Source: Hyphococcus sp.
GTDB lineage: Bacteria > Pseudomonadota > Alphaproteobacteria > Caulobacterales > Parvularculaceae
DNA: 64,000 nucleotides
Assembly (NCBI RefSeq): GCF_965228385.1
Contig: NZ_OZ245810.1
Location: 1,075,565-1,139,564 of the forward strand
Direction: 5' to 3'
Shown: piece after piece, positions 27,530 to 40,047 of the stretch
Layout of the letters: the number at the start of each line of letters is the position of its first letter
Numbering within the stretch: position 1 is the stretch's first letter
The notes under the pieces: generated by a model
What the model saw: only the letters and a program-made list of their open reading frames with translations
Told to the model about the DNA's origin: nothing
The model's database searches: none
Position numbers and translations under genes: made by a program

Positions 27530-29446
27530 TCACTCCGCCGCCTGTTTTGCGCCGGGATAGTTCTCGCGGATCGCGCTTAAGATCTCCGCAATCTTGAAAG
27601 GCTGGCCGGACGTCTTGTTGAGCTGCACGACTTCCAGGCCCAGCTTGTCGCGTAAGAGCGTCGCACACTGGCCCATATTCATTTCCGGCAGCAATACGCG
27701 GTCATAATCGGCGAGGAGCCGGCCGAGGTTCTTTGGTAAGGGCGACAGCCAGCGCAGATGGATTTGCGCCACATCCAGACCCTGCTCGCGCGCTTCATGG
27801 ACTGCGCGCCAGATGGCGCCATGGGTCGAGCCCCAGCCGACAACCGCGAGCGGACCTTTGGTATTGCCTTGCTCGACGATCTGATCGGGGATGAATTCAG
27901 CGACAGCGGCGACTTTTTTGGCGCGCAGGTCCGACATCGCCTGATGGTTCGCGGCGTCATAGGAGATGTCGCCGGTCTCGATGTCTTTTTCCAGCCCGCC
28001 GATGCGATGGGCGTATCCCCGCGTACCCGGTTTGATCCACGGTCGCCCGAATGTGGTTTCGTCGCGCCGCCAGATGGCTTTTTTGAGCGCTGACGGATCA
28101 TCGCCGCCCGCCGCGTCGCCGCCCGCCGCGTCGCCGCCCGCATCGCCGTTTACGGCGTTCGACAGGATCGGTTCATAATCGTCCATGTTCGGCAATTCCC
28201 ACGGGCCCGCCGCATTGGCGATATAACCGTCGGTCAGGAGAAACACCGGCGTCATGTGGCGGATGGCGGCGCGCGTCGCCTCGATCGCCGCATCGAAACA
28301 GTCGCCGGGGCCGGCGGCTGCGATGACGGGCAGGGGCGCATCGGCGTTTCGTCCGTAGACGGCCTGATAAAGGTCCGACTGTTCGGTCTTGGTGGGCAGG
28401 CCGGTGGAGGGGCCGCCGCGCTGCGAGTTGACGATGATCAGCGGCAGTTCCACCGCCATGCCGAGGCCGATGGCCTCGCCCTTCAGCGCGATGCCGGGAC
28501 CGGAGGAGGAGGTGACGCCGATAGCGCCGCCGAAAGACGCGCCGATAGCGGCGCAGCAGGCGGCGATTTCGTCTTCCGCCTGAAACGTCGAAACGCCGAG
28601 CTCGCCCATTTTCGACAGATGGTGAAGGATCGACGAAGCCGGCGTGATGGGATAGCCGCAGAACATGATCTCGCGGCCGGCCAGTTCGCCTGCGGCGGCG
28701 AGGCCCAGCGCGATCGCTTCCGCGCCGGTGATGGAGCGGTATTCGCCCGCTTCCATGGGCGCTTCGCCGATGACGAATTGCGGGATCTCGGCGGAAAGTT
28801 CCGCCGTTTCGGCGAAGGCGTGGCCGGCGTCGAGGGCTGCGAGGTTGCCGGCGAGAATTTCCGGCGCCTTTTTCGCAAACTTCTTGTTCGCCCATTCGAC
28901 AATCGGTTTCCGGTCGCGACCGAACATCCATAAAACGGCGCCCAGCGCCCAGAAGTTCTTGCACTGTTCAGCGTCGGATTTGGAAAGGCCGAGGGGCTTT
29001 ACCGCCTCGAGCGTCTGCGTCGAAATCCCGATTTCGATCACCTGAAAATCGTCCAGCTCGCCGGTCTGGCGCGGGTCGGCGGCGATATTGGCTTTCGAAA
29101 AGTTCCGGTCGTTAAAAGCGTCCGTATTCAGAACAATCAGCGCGCCTTTCTGCAAAAGCGGCAGGTTCACTTTCAGCGCCGCCGGATTAAGCGCGACGAG
29201 AACATCCGGCTGGTCGCCGGCGGTGGAGATGCGCCGCGCGCCGAGATTGATCTGGAACGCGGAAACGCCAAAGGTTGTACCCACCGGCGCGCGGATTTCC
29301 GCAGGGAAGTCCGGAAATGTCGAAAAGTCAGAGCCGGCGAGCGCCGTCGATTCCGCGAACTGCGAGCCCAGAAGCTGAACGCCGTCGCCGCTGTCGCCCG
29401 CAAAACGTACAACGACCGATTGATTTTCGGGGGTTATTTTACCCAT
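27530..29446 (-). CDS. korA: 2-oxoacid:acceptor oxidoreductase alpha subunit
   Basis: RFAGDSGDG, YPITPAS, QAEDEIA, SSGPG, QRGGPSTG and PEMNMGQ motifs. Confidence 0.92.
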   Translation of the reverse strand: MGKITPENQSVVVRFAGDSGDGVQLLGSQFAESTALAGSDFSTFPDFPAEIRAPVGTTFGVSAFQINLGARRISTAGDQPDVLVALNPAALKVNLPLLQKGALIVLNTDAFNDRNFSKANIAADPRQTGELDDFQVIEIGISTQTLEAVKPLGLSKSDAEQCKNFWALGAVLWMFGRDRKPIVEWANKKFAKKAPEILAGNLAALDAGHAFAETAELSAEIPQFVIGEAPMEAGEYRSITGAEAIALGLAAAGELAGREIMFCGYPITPASSILHHLSKMGELGVSTFQAEDEIAACCAAIGASFGGAIGVTSSSGPGIALKGEAIGLGMAVELPLIIVNSQRGGPSTGLPTKTEQSDLYQAVYGRNADAPLPVIAAAGPGDCFDAAIEATRAAIRHMTPVFLLTDGYIANAAGPWELPNMDDYEPILSNAVNGDAGGDAAGGDAAGGDDPSALKKAIWRRDETTFGRPWIKPGTRGYAHRIGGLEKDIETGDISYDAANHQAMSDLRAKKVAAVAEFIPDQIVEQGNTKGPLAVVGWGSTHGAIWRAVHEAREQGLDVAQIHLRWLSPLPKNLGRLLADYDRVLLPEMNMGQCATLLRDKLGLEVVQLNKTSGQPFKIAEILSAIRENYPGAKQAAE

Positions 29447-29839
29447 TGATTTGGCCCACCCGTATGCTGGCCGGTTAGCATGTCAAAACCGTCAATAAAA
29501 ACAAGCGCGTTTCCGGGCTGCGGCGCCGGGTCCCGCGCATTCTCGATTGTCGCATATCTCAAGCCTCATACAAGAAAACAAGACTTTTCCGGTGCGGCCT
29601 CTCAGCCTGTTGAACGGCGGCTGCGCCCCCGCAAGAAAAGCTAAAGTTTACAATAGGAAACATTACAAATCGGGATATACCGGCGGTAAGCCGCCATAAG
29701 GCGCAAACAGGGACGGCGCGTCAGCATGAACCGGGCCGGACATCGCCGCCGTCAGCCTGTCAGAAAGACCGGCGTTGCTGCTGACAAGGAAATCGCACTC
29801 TAGTAGACCTCGTCGGCGAATCTGAAGGAACGTCCTGTT

Positions 29840-30493
29840 ATGAAATTCTTTGTCGACACCGCCGAAATTAGTGAAATCAAGGCGCTCTTGCCAACAGGCC
29901 TCGTGGACGGGGTGACGACCAATCCCAGTCTCGTCATGAAATCCGGCCGGGATTTCCGGGAGGTGGTTGCCGAGATCTGCGATCTCGTGGACGGGCCGGT
30001 GAGCGCCGAGGTGACCGCGACACAAGCTGACGCCATGATCGCCGAGGGCGAATCGCTCGCGAAGATTGCGAACAATGTCACCGTCAAGCTGCCATTGACG
30101 CTTGATGGTTTAATCGCCTGCAAGACGCTGACGGGAAAGGGGATCGACACCAATGTGACGCTGTGCTTTTCCGCCAATCAGGCGTTGCTGGCGGCGAAGG
30201 CGGGCGCAACGTTTATCTCGCCATTTATCGGCAGGCTCGATGACGTCAATATCGATGGTATGGAGCTTATTCGCGATATTCGCCTGATTTACGACAATTA
30301 CGATTTCGAGACGGAAATTCTGGCGGCGTCAATTCGTAGCGCCAATCATGTTAAGGACGCGGCGCTGTTCGGCGCTGATGTTGCAACCGTACCGCCCGGC
30401 GTCATCAAGTCGCTGGTAAAACATCCGCTTACGGATAAAGGGCTTGAAGCCTTTCTGAGCGACTGGGCGAAGACAGGCCAGAAAATAATCTAG
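29840..30493 (+). CDS. fsa: Transaldolase / fructose-6-phosphate aldolase
   Basis: [21 protein letters not shown] and [10 protein letters not shown] motifs. Confidence 0.92.
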   Translation: MKFFVDTAEISEIKALLPTGLVDGVTTNPSLVMKSGRDFREVVAEICDLVDGPVSAEVTATQADAMIAEGESLAKIANNVTVKLPLTLDGLIACKTLTGKGIDTNVTLCFSANQALLAAKAGATFISPFIGRLDDVNIDGMELIRDIRLIYDNYDFETEILAASIRSANHVKDAALFGADVATVPPGVIKSLVKHPLTDKGLEAFLSDWAKTGQKII

Positions 30494-30501
30494 GAGCGGC
30501 G

Positions 30502-31512
30502 ATGCAGGACGCAAGCGCAGCCGGGCCGGCGGGCGATTTCGACACCGGCCCTCCATTCGTTTTCGGATTTGGATTTAACAACGGCGCCGCTGAAGAAATG
30601 CGCTGGGAAGACGCCGCCGCGGCGAAATCTTCCTATGACTGGATCTGGCTGCACCTGAACATGAATAATGACGAGGCGCGTTCATGGATTCACGCACAGG
30701 AAGATATTCCATACGCTGCGCGCAGCGCGCTTCTGGCGGGTGAAACGCGGCCCAGAGTCAGCAGTTTTGAAAACGGACTGGTCGTCAATTTGCGGGGCGT
30801 CAACCTGAATGAAGGCGCTGAGCCGGAAGATATGGTGTCGATCCGCATCTGGTTCAGCAAAAACCAGGTAATCACTACCCGCCGCAGGCGCCTGAAAGCG
30901 GCGCAGGACATCCGCAGTGAAATCATAGAAAACGGTCTGCAGCTTTCAGCGCCGGGCGTGCTGGTGGCGCGCATCGCATCGCGCCTGACTGAGCGCATGA
31001 CGCCGTTTGTTGAACAGATCGAGGATCGCGTCGATGAAATCGAGGATGAGGTTTTGTCCGCCTCAGGCGACGGCGTCAGGCCGCGCCTTGCAGAAGCGCG
31101 CCATGATGCGGTGATGGTCCGCCGGTTTATTGCGCCTCAACGCGACGCCCTGACGCGGCTCGCGCAGGATGAATCAACGCTCTTCGATGCGACGACGCGC
31201 ATCGATTTGCGAGAGACGGCCGATCAGGTGACCCGCCTGACGGAGGAAATCGATGCGGCGCGCGAGCGGGCCATGGTCCTTCAGGATCAATTGACGGATC
31301 AGCGTGCGGAGGAAATGAATCGCAACATGATGGTGTTGTCCATTGTTGCGGCGATTTTTCTGCCCTTGGGCTTTTTGACCGGCTTGTTCGGCATCAATGT
31401 CGGCGGTATGCCCGGCGTTGAAGACCCGGCGGCGTTCTGGCTGGTTGTGTTCGCCTGCGGCGTTATCGGGGCCCTGCTTCTCGTGATTTTCAGGATGATG
31501 AAATGGCTTTGA
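30502..31512 (+). CDS. zntB: ZntB/CorA-family metal transporter
   Basis: NLRGVNLN, MVSIR and the GINVGG signature loop. Confidence 0.88.
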   Translation: MQDASAAGPAGDFDTGPPFVFGFGFNNGAAEEMRWEDAAAAKSSYDWIWLHLNMNNDEARSWIHAQEDIPYAARSALLAGETRPRVSSFENGLVVNLRGVNLNEGAEPEDMVSIRIWFSKNQVITTRRRRLKAAQDIRSEIIENGLQLSAPGVLVARIASRLTERMTPFVEQIEDRVDEIEDEVLSASGDGVRPRLAEARHDAVMVRRFIAPQRDALTRLAQDESTLFDATTRIDLRETADQVTRLTEEIDAARERAMVLQDQLTDQRAEEMNRNMMVLSIVAAIFLPLGFLTGLFGINVGGMPGVEDPAAFWLVVFACGVIGALLLVIFRMMKWL

Positions 31513-33914
31513 AGCGAACGCTTCTCTGGCTTCTTTTTTCGCTGACGGTTTTTGCGGCGTTAATCGCGGGCGCGCATGCGCAGTCAGGCCGCTCTGCGGC
31601 GATCGAAACGGCGAGCCGTGAAATTGCGGATGTGCGGCGCGCGGTGGATGATGATTCCATCGAAGAACCCGAGGCGCTGGAAAACCGATTGCGGGAAATT
31701 CGCGACGGCAGCCGCCAGCGGCTTGGCGCGATTGAGCGCGAACTTGAAGCCAACCGGGCGCAGATCGAATTGCTGGGCCCGGCGCCCGGCGAAAATGATC
31801 CGCCTGAAAGCGATTTTCTCGCGGAAGAACGCGCTGCGCTGAACGAGACCCGCGCGCGCCTGTCAGGCCAGCGCACGCGCGTTTTGGCGAACATCTATGA
31901 AACCGGCGATTTACTGGCGCGTTTATCCAGCGCCCAGCTCGGAGCGCTTTACCGGTCTCTGACGGAACGCGGCGTTTCGCCATTGTCGCCTGAAATCTGG
32001 AGCGGTGCGGCGCAATCGGCGCTGGACGTCGGCGACAGGTTCAGCCGTTATTTTTCAGGCTGGTCGGACCGGAAAAAAGAAAATGGCGTACTCACGCCCA
32101 CCTTGTTCGCGGTGTTCGCCGCAATCATCATTTCATTGATGTTGTTCGGGCCGGTGCGCGGCTGGGTGATTTCCACATTCACGCATCAGGTGCAGCGTCG
32201 CACGCCGACCGCTTCGCGCAGGATTTTTGTCGCCGCCATGACAATGATCGCGCGAACCGCGCCCGGCGTGATCGGCGGTCTTGTCATCATAGAAACATTG
32301 CGCGCTACAGGCGTTTTAACCGATGAAGGCGAAAACGCCGCCAGAGCATTCTGGATCGGCGTGCTCGCCGTGCTCACGGTTTCGGGGTTTACTTCCGGGT
32401 ACTTTTCGCCGCGGGCGCCGTCGTGGCGCATCGCGAAAGTGGACGTGGCGCGCGGAAAGATCATCAGCCGTCTGGCGATGGTCATCGTCGTTGTATTCTC
32501 GGTCAAGATACTTTTCACGGCCATCGCCGTCGCCGCCCGCGCCGATGAATCGCTCATTTTGCTGATTAAAGCCGTCTCAAGCATCACCGTGGGCGCATTC
32601 TTGTTTTTGATATGCCGAACGCGTTTGTGGCGTGCGGAAGCGCCGGCGAATGAGGACGAACCGCTCGCGGCGGCGGACAATGGGGGCGCCTGGCGCCTGA
32701 TCCGCCGTCTTGGCCGCGTGCTGGCCGGGGCGATCATTATTGCGACGCTGGCGGGATATATCGTTCTGGCGGACTTCGTCGTGACCAGACTTTGCCTTCT
32801 GGCGCTGATCGTCGGCGTTGCATGGTTGTTGCGGGCCATGCTGGCGGAGCTTGCATTGCGCATGCGCGCGCAACTCGCCGTCGCGCCGGAAGAAGCGGCG
32901 GCCGCCGAAGAAACCTCTGCGAATTTCCGCTTCTGGTCGCGGCTCATCATCAATATCGTTCTGTTCGCCGCGCTGGCGCCGGTGATACTGGTGCTTTTCG
33001 GCGTGCCGGCGGAATCGGTGCGCGATCTTGGCGGTCAGGCGCTGTTCGGTTTCAATATTGGCGGCTTTCACGTTCCGTCCATCGCCAAGCTGTTCTACGC
33101 AATTCTTGTTTTCATCATTCTGATGGCGGTGACGCGGCTTGTGCAAAGCGGACTGAAGCGCGGGCCGCTGGCGCATTCACGAGCCGATATCGGCGTGCAG
33201 AATTCGCTGACGACGCTGGTGGGTTACGCCGGTCTGGTCATCGCCATGTTTTTCGGCATTTCCGCGCTTGGGTTCGATCTGTCGAACCTGGCTTTGATTG
33301 CGGGGGCGCTTTCGGTCGGGATTGGCTTCGGTCTGCAATCCATCGTCAACAATTTCGTTTCCGGCCTGATCCTGCTGTTTGAACGGCCTATAAAAGTCGG
33401 GGACTGGATCATCACCAATTCCGGTGAAGGGACAGTCAAAAAAATCAGCGTCCGCTCCACAGAGATTGAAACGTTTGACCGCTCCTCGATTATTATCCCG
33501 AATTCCGAATTGATCTCTTCCGCCGTTACCAACTGGACTCACAAGAACAAGCTCGGGCGCATTACGGTGCCGGTTGGGGTTTCCTACAACGCCGATCCTG
33601 AACTTGTGCGCGATATTCTGATGAAATGCGCAAAGGAAGAGGAATTGATCGTCTCCTATCCGGAGCCGTTCGTCACCTGGATGGATTTCGGGGCGTCGTC
33701 GCTTGATTTTGAACTGCGCGCCTATCTTCGCGATATCTCCGAAGGGTTGCGCGTGCGTACTGCGCTCCGGTTCGCTATTTTCAAGGCGTTGGCCGAAGCC
33801 GGCGTTGAAATTCCGTTCCCGCAGCGCGATGTACATATTAAATCGTTACCGGAAGACTATGAGATCGCGCATCGCGATAAAATGAGTGGCGGCCATGCTG
33901 AAGCTGAAGGCTGA
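31503..33914 (+). CDS. Large mechanosensitive channel (MscS/MscK-like)
   Basis: ALSVGIGFGLQSIVNNFVSG, ERPIKVGDW, IPNS and EIPFPQRDVH motifs; long N-terminal helical and TM region. Confidence 0.9.
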   Translation: MALKRTLLWLLFSLTVFAALIAGAHAQSGRSAAIETASREIADVRRAVDDDSIEEPEALENRLREIRDGSRQRLGAIERELEANRAQIELLGPAPGENDPPESDFLAEERAALNETRARLSGQRTRVLANIYETGDLLARLSSAQLGALYRSLTERGVSPLSPEIWSGAAQSALDVGDRFSRYFSGWSDRKKENGVLTPTLFAVFAAIIISLMLFGPVRGWVISTFTHQVQRRTPTASRRIFVAAMTMIARTAPGVIGGLVIIETLRATGVLTDEGENAARAFWIGVLAVLTVSGFTSGYFSPRAPSWRIAKVDVARGKIISRLAMVIVVVFSVKILFTAIAVAARADESLILLIKAVSSITVGAFLFLICRTRLWRAEAPANEDEPLAAADNGGAWRLIRRLGRVLAGAIIIATLAGYIVLADFVVTRLCLLALIVGVAWLLRAMLAELALRMRAQLAVAPEEAAAAEETSANFRFWSRLIINIVLFAALAPVILVLFGVPAESVRDLGGQALFGFNIGGFHVPSIAKLFYAILVFIILMAVTRLVQSGLKRGPLAHSRADIGVQNSLTTLVGYAGLVIAMFFGISALGFDLSNLALIAGALSVGIGFGLQSIVNNFVSGLILLFERPIKVGDWIITNSGEGTVKKISVRSTEIETFDRSSIIIPNSELISSAVTNWTHKNKLGRITVPVGVSYNADPELVRDILMKCAKEEELIVSYPEPFVTWMDFGASSLDFELRAYLRDISEGLRVRTALRFAIFKALAEAGVEIPFPQRDVHIKSLPEDYEIAHRDKMSGGHAEAEG

Positions 33915-34116
33915 GTGCGAAAAATGCGGCGCGCCGCTGCCGCCAGACGCCGACGCGCGCATTTGCACTTTCGAGTGCACATTTTGTCCGGATTGCGCGG
34001 AAAGAAAACTTGAAGGCGAATGCCCGAATTGCGGCGGGAATTTTGAAAAGCGGCCCATACGGCCGGCGAATTTGTTGCAGAAATATCCCCCGGCGCCAGC
34101 CATAACTGAAAATTGA
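33895..34116 (+). CDS. DUF1272-family Cys-rich small protein
   Basis: CEKC...ICTFECTFCPDC...CPNCGG...RP pattern. Confidence 0.85.
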   Translation: MLKLKAECEKCGAPLPPDADARICTFECTFCPDCAERKLEGECPNCGGNFEKRPIRPANLLQKYPPAPAITEN

Positions 34117-34150
34117 GCCTGTAGCGGCGGAAAGAAGCAGGTTTTTGAAT

Positions 34151-34579
34151 ATGGTGTTCGCCAAATGGATTATCGCCGTTGGCGGTCTTGTTTTCCTGCT
34201 GCTCGGCGCGATGCATTTTCGCATGACAGTGGCGGATATGAAAAATCCGCGAAAATTCGCGCCGGCAAAGGATGGACTGCTGGAAGAGCTGCAATCGACG
34301 CGCATGCGTTTTCGCAAAGATCTTAAAAGTTTTTGGGATTCGTATATCGGCTTTCACTTCAGCCACAGCATCGGGGTCATATTTTACGCGTGTATTGTGT
34401 TGTACTTTGCGCTGATACGGCCAGATATTTTGTCCGATTACATTATCAGGGTCGGTATAGTTGTTTTCGGCGCGGCCTATGTGCTGCTGGCGAGATGGTT
34501 CTGGTTTATTATCCCTTTTCTTGGCGCGCTCATCGGCGTGTCGGTGATCGCCATTGGTATGGCGATGCTCTATCCTTGA
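34151..34579 (+). CDS. Hypothetical membrane protein
   Basis: Hydrophobic ORF with FHFSHS and WFIIPF segments. Confidence 0.75.
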   Translation: MVFAKWIIAVGGLVFLLLGAMHFRMTVADMKNPRKFAPAKDGLLEELQSTRMRFRKDLKSFWDSYIGFHFSHSIGVIFYACIVLYFALIRPDILSDYIIRVGIVVFGAAYVLLARWFWFIIPFLGALIGVSVIAIGMAMLYP

Positions 34580-34591
34580 GGGTCCGAGTTT

Positions 34592-35275
34592 ATGAGTTTT
34601 GTTTTTGAGCCGCCATCCCGCCCGGGCGTCGCCGTTGACGGCGGCGGTGTATTTCCGGTCCGGCGCGTATTCTGTATTGGCCGCAATTATGCGGACCATG
34701 TTCGTGAAATGGGCGGGGATCCGAAATCGTCCGCGCCCGTATTTTTTACAAAACCTGCGGACGCCGTCGTTGGGGAAGGTGAAACTATCCCCTACGCGCA
34801 GGCGACGACGAACCTGCATTTCGAGGGCGAACTGGTTGTCGCGCTTGGCGGCGGCGGCAAGGATTTAGCAAGCGAAGACGCCGCCGCCGCGCTGATTTAC
34901 GGCTACGCCGCAGGATGCGACCTCACAAGACGAGACCATCAGGCGCGCGCGAAAGAGGCCGGCGGCCCCTGGGATACGGCAAAAGCCTTCGATCATTCCG
35001 CGCCTATCGGCGCTATCGTCAAAGCGGACGAAATTGATCTTTCATCGGCCCGGTTGAAATCCAGCGTCAATGATGAAACGCGCCAGGATGTGATGCTCGA
35101 TCAGATGATCTGGCCGGTTCCGGAAATCATTATCGCGCTTTCCGAACAGTTCGAATTAAAACCGGGCGATCTTGTTTTCACCGGCACGCCGGAGGGCGTA
35201 GGGCCGCTGGCGCCGGGCGACCGGATTGAAATTGCAATCGGCGACCGGCTTGGTTTGAACTTCAAGATTGGTTAG
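34592..35275 (+). CDS. Fumarylacetoacetate hydrolase family protein
   Basis: RVFCIGRNYADH, FFTKP, HFEGEL and GDLVFTGTPEGVG motifs. Confidence 0.9.
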   Translation: MSFVFEPPSRPGVAVDGGGVFPVRRVFCIGRNYADHVREMGGDPKSSAPVFFTKPADAVVGEGETIPYAQATTNLHFEGELVVALGGGGKDLASEDAAAALIYGYAAGCDLTRRDHQARAKEAGGPWDTAKAFDHSAPIGAIVKADEIDLSSARLKSSVNDETRQDVMLDQMIWPVPEIIIALSEQFELKPGDLVFTGTPEGVGPLAPGDRIEIAIGDRLGLNFKIG

Positions 35276-35283
35276 GAGCCGCG

Positions 35284-35760
35284 ATGACGCCGTCCGAAAA
35301 AGCCGCACGATACGAAGACGTCGCCAAGGAAATTGCCGCCGTCATTGACGGCGAACGAAATCTTGTGGCGCGCATGGCGAGCGTCTCCAATATTCTGCAT
35401 CACGCCTTCGACCACTATTTCTGGACCGGGTTTTATGTGGTCGATCCTGAAAAGCCAGACGAACTTGTGATCGGCCCGTATCAGGGCTCCCTTGGATGTT
35501 TGCGCATTCCGTTCGGCAAGGGCGTTTGCGGCGCGGCGGCGAAGACCCGCCAGACGCAACTCGTCGCCGATGTTCACGCGTTTCCGGGTCACATCGCCTG
35601 TGACGCACGATCGAAATCTGAAATTGTCGTACCCGTTCTGGATTCAGGCGGACAGCTTATCGCTGTGTTCGATGTCGACAGTGATAAAATGGATATGTTT
35701 AGCGACGTTGACCGCACCGGACTGGAATCTATTCTGAAAGCGTCTTTCAGTTCGGAGTAG
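35284..35760 (+). CDS. GAF protein, free methionine-(R)-sulfoxide reductase-like
   Basis: WTGFY, GPYQGSLGC, GVCG, HIACDARSKSEIVVP and DVDS motifs. Confidence 0.85.
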   Translation: MTPSEKAARYEDVAKEIAAVIDGERNLVARMASVSNILHHAFDHYFWTGFYVVDPEKPDELVIGPYQGSLGCLRIPFGKGVCGAAAKTRQTQLVADVHAFPGHIACDARSKSEIVVPVLDSGGQLIAVFDVDSDKMDMFSDVDRTGLESILKASFSSE

Positions 35761-35773
35761 GGCGGGTTTTTTC

Positions 35774-37072
35774 ATGGCGCTATCCAGCCGGTTACTGCGT
35801 GCGTGCCTTATTGCCGGGGCGCTGCTGTGTTCAGCGTGCAGCGTCATCGCTGCGCCGAACGAGACGGTCAGCGCATCCGGCCATGATCTTTCCATCGATC
35901 ATTTGCAGCGAATTGAACCAGCGCTGCAGGAAGAGGTGGACAACGGCGTGCGCGCCGGTTTTGTGGCTGTAGTCGTCGACAAGAACGGCGCCGTTTACGA
36001 AACCGCGGTCGGCATGGCCGATCTCTATAACGCCGTTCCCGCAACGGCGCAGACGCGGTTTCGCATCGCCAGCATGACAAAGCCTGTTGTAACGGCGGCG
36101 GTGATGCAACTGGTTGATCGCGGCGACGTCCGTTTGAACGATCCTGTATCCCGGTTCATTCCGGCGTTTGCCGATTTGCGCGTCGCCACATCGCCTGAGC
36201 GCAACGGCGACGGTGAATTCGAAACGCGCGCGCCGGCGCGCCAGATGACGATTCACGATTTGCTGACGCACATGTCAGGGCTGGGCTACGTATTCGATTA
36301 CGAAACCGATCTCGGCAAAGCGTATCTTGCTGCGGATCTTTATGGAAAAACCGGATCGCTGGCCGAACGTATGAATATTCTGGCGGCGCTGCCGCTCTAT
36401 GAAGATCCGGGCCGCAAATGGCGGTACAGTTACGCAACGGATGTCGCCGGGCGCGTCATAGAAGTCGCCTCCGGCCGGACGCTCGAAGATTTTCTGAAGC
36501 AGAACATGTTCGAACCGCTCGGGATGAACGATACGGAATTTTTTCTTGACGAGACTGATTTTGAACGTCTGGCGGTGGTGAATGAATTCGATGAATCCGG
36601 CGACCTTGTAAGGCTGGAGGCGGCGAGTCCGGACCGCGCGGGCGTCAATGACGAAGCTTTCGGCGTCATGTCCGGAGGCGCGGGGCTTGTCTCGACGGGG
36701 CGCGATTTCTCACGGTTCATGCTGATGTTGCTGAATGAAGGAGAGCTTGACGGTGCGCGCTTACTCTCCCCGGCGACGGTGCGGCTGATGTTGCGCGATC
36801 ATGTGCCATACGACGCCAGACCGGAAGACTGGCGCGAGAAGGGGCTGACTTTCGGCCTGGGCGGGGCGATTATTGTCGAGCCCGGCTATTTCGGCGCCGT
36901 CGCGGCGAAAGGCGAATGGGGTTGGTCCGGCTTTTGGGATACGTGGTTTTTCATCACGCCGGAACTTGGCGTCGGCGCCGTGCTGCTGGCGCAAACCCAA
37001 TCCAATGCATTCACGCCAACCTCGCGCGCGCGCGACCGGCTGAAGGCGATCGTCTATGGCGCGCTTGAATGA
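35774..37072 (+). CDS. Serine hydrolase (beta-lactamase class C fold)
   Basis: RIASMTK (SxxK), LLTHMSG and YSY motifs; signal peptide. Confidence 0.9.
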   Translation: MALSSRLLRACLIAGALLCSACSVIAAPNETVSASGHDLSIDHLQRIEPALQEEVDNGVRAGFVAVVVDKNGAVYETAVGMADLYNAVPATAQTRFRIASMTKPVVTAAVMQLVDRGDVRLNDPVSRFIPAFADLRVATSPERNGDGEFETRAPARQMTIHDLLTHMSGLGYVFDYETDLGKAYLAADLYGKTGSLAERMNILAALPLYEDPGRKWRYSYATDVAGRVIEVASGRTLEDFLKQNMFEPLGMNDTEFFLDETDFERLAVVNEFDESGDLVRLEAASPDRAGVNDEAFGVMSGGAGLVSTGRDFSRFMLMLLNEGELDGARLLSPATVRLMLRDHVPYDARPEDWREKGLTFGLGGAIIVEPGYFGAVAAKGEWGWSGFWDTWFFITPELGVGAVLLAQTQSNAFTPTSRARDRLKAIVYGALE

Positions 37073-37083
37073 GCAGTTGATGT

Positions 37084-37626
37084 TTAATCGTCGTCGTCGT
37101 GGTTGATGCGGCGGCGTTCGCGCTGGTCGGATCGCAGCGCGGATTTCGCATTCTCGATAATCTTCCGCAATGTGATCGGGTTATCAAGATCGGGCAGCGT
37201 AATGACGCCGACGCCCGTGCCGCGCAGGATCAGCTTGCCATAGCCCAGAAAGCGCCCCCAGATCGACTGGTGCAGCGTGATTTCCTCAATCTTGTTGAGA
37301 CTGACTTCCTGCGTGTCGCGCGAAATCAGGCCTTTTTTGTAAACGAAGCGATAGGTGGTCACGACGATTTCGGTCGTAATCAGAATGATCATGTGATTGA
37401 GCAAAATGATCGCGCCGCAAGCCGTCGCGACGCCTGCGGACCACCAGCCGACCTTGAGCTCTTCAAAAGGCACGCCGGCGGCGTATTGCACGAAAAATAT
37501 CAGCGCAAGGGACGCTGCGCCCAGTGAAAACCAGAAAACCGGAAAAAAACTGTAGGTCCAGTTGAAATTGGCGCGGTGGATAATGTCCTCACCGCCTGCA
37601 AGCGTTTTCTCGACGTAACCTGACAT
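37084..37626 (-). CDS. Bacterial PH-domain membrane protein
   Basis: Two TM segments, then VVTTYRFVYKKGLISR...KIEEI...QSIWGR.LGYG. Confidence 0.8.
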   Translation of the reverse strand: MSGYVEKTLAGGEDIIHRANFNWTYSFFPVFWFSLGAASLALIFFVQYAAGVPFEELKVGWWSAGVATACGAIILLNHMIILITTEIVVTTYRFVYKKGLISRDTQEVSLNKIEEITLHQSIWGRFLGYGKLILRGTGVGVITLPDLDNPITLRKIIENAKSALRSDQRERRRINHDDDD

Positions 37627-37786
37627 CTCGCCCTCATCCCCGCTATTTTGCGCCCACCACCCTATAAGCGATCAGCGCGTGAACGGAAACGTTCTATTGC
37701 GTTGAAATGCACAGGCAAGCGCGATAAGACGCCGCGCTGTTCCCCGCTTGCAACGCAAAATCCGCATCAGGAGGCCGAAAGGCGCT

Positions 37787-39454
<1,668 letters not shown>

Positions 39455-39459
39455 AAGCG

Positions 39460-40047
39460 TTATGTGGTGCAGTTATTGGCGTCATCGCAAAGCTGCACGC
39501 GGTTCGTCAGGCGCGGCCAGCGGATCGACTGCCGATTGAAGACAATTGGCGAGCTGATGAAATGGCCTGTGAGGCTGGGCGTGTAGGTATACGTCATTTC
39601 AACGACGATGATGGAGCCGATATCGCTGACAACGTCATCGTCGCTTAAATTCGTATAGCTGGCGCCCTGGGCATAAGGGGTCGCGCCTGTATGGTCTCTG
39701 CTCCAGTGAACAATCGGATCGTCGTCATCGTCCAGAATGACGCTCACCAGTGTGAGCTGCAAACCGGTCGGGTCGTTGGGTTCGACAATCGTCATCACCC
39801 CTTCAAACAGATCATCCATTTCCGATATGCGAAGCTCGTCGGACTGCGCCGCAAGATCGGCAAGCGTGTTCGATGAAATCGCGACCTTCCGGTTGACCGT
39901 CATGGCGTTCGACGCCTCGACCAGGCCGAAGAACAAGATCACGAGGACCGGTAACAGCAGCGCGAATTCGGTCGCTGCAAGACCGCTCGTGCAGCTTTGC
40001 AGGTCTTTCCAGCCGTTCAGGAAACGATTGCGCATTTCAGTGCTCAT
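39460..40047 (-). CDS. TadE/TadG-family pseudopilin
   Basis: GLAATEFALLLPVL N-terminal motif. Confidence 0.85.
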   Translation of the reverse strand: MSTEMRNRFLNGWKDLQSCTSGLAATEFALLLPVLVILFFGLVEASNAMTVNRKVAISSNTLADLAAQSDELRISEMDDLFEGVMTIVEPNDPTGLQLTLVSVILDDDDDPIVHWSRDHTGATPYAQGASYTNLSDDDVVSDIGSIIVVEMTYTYTPSLTGHFISSPIVFNRQSIRWPRLTNRVQLCDDANNCTT

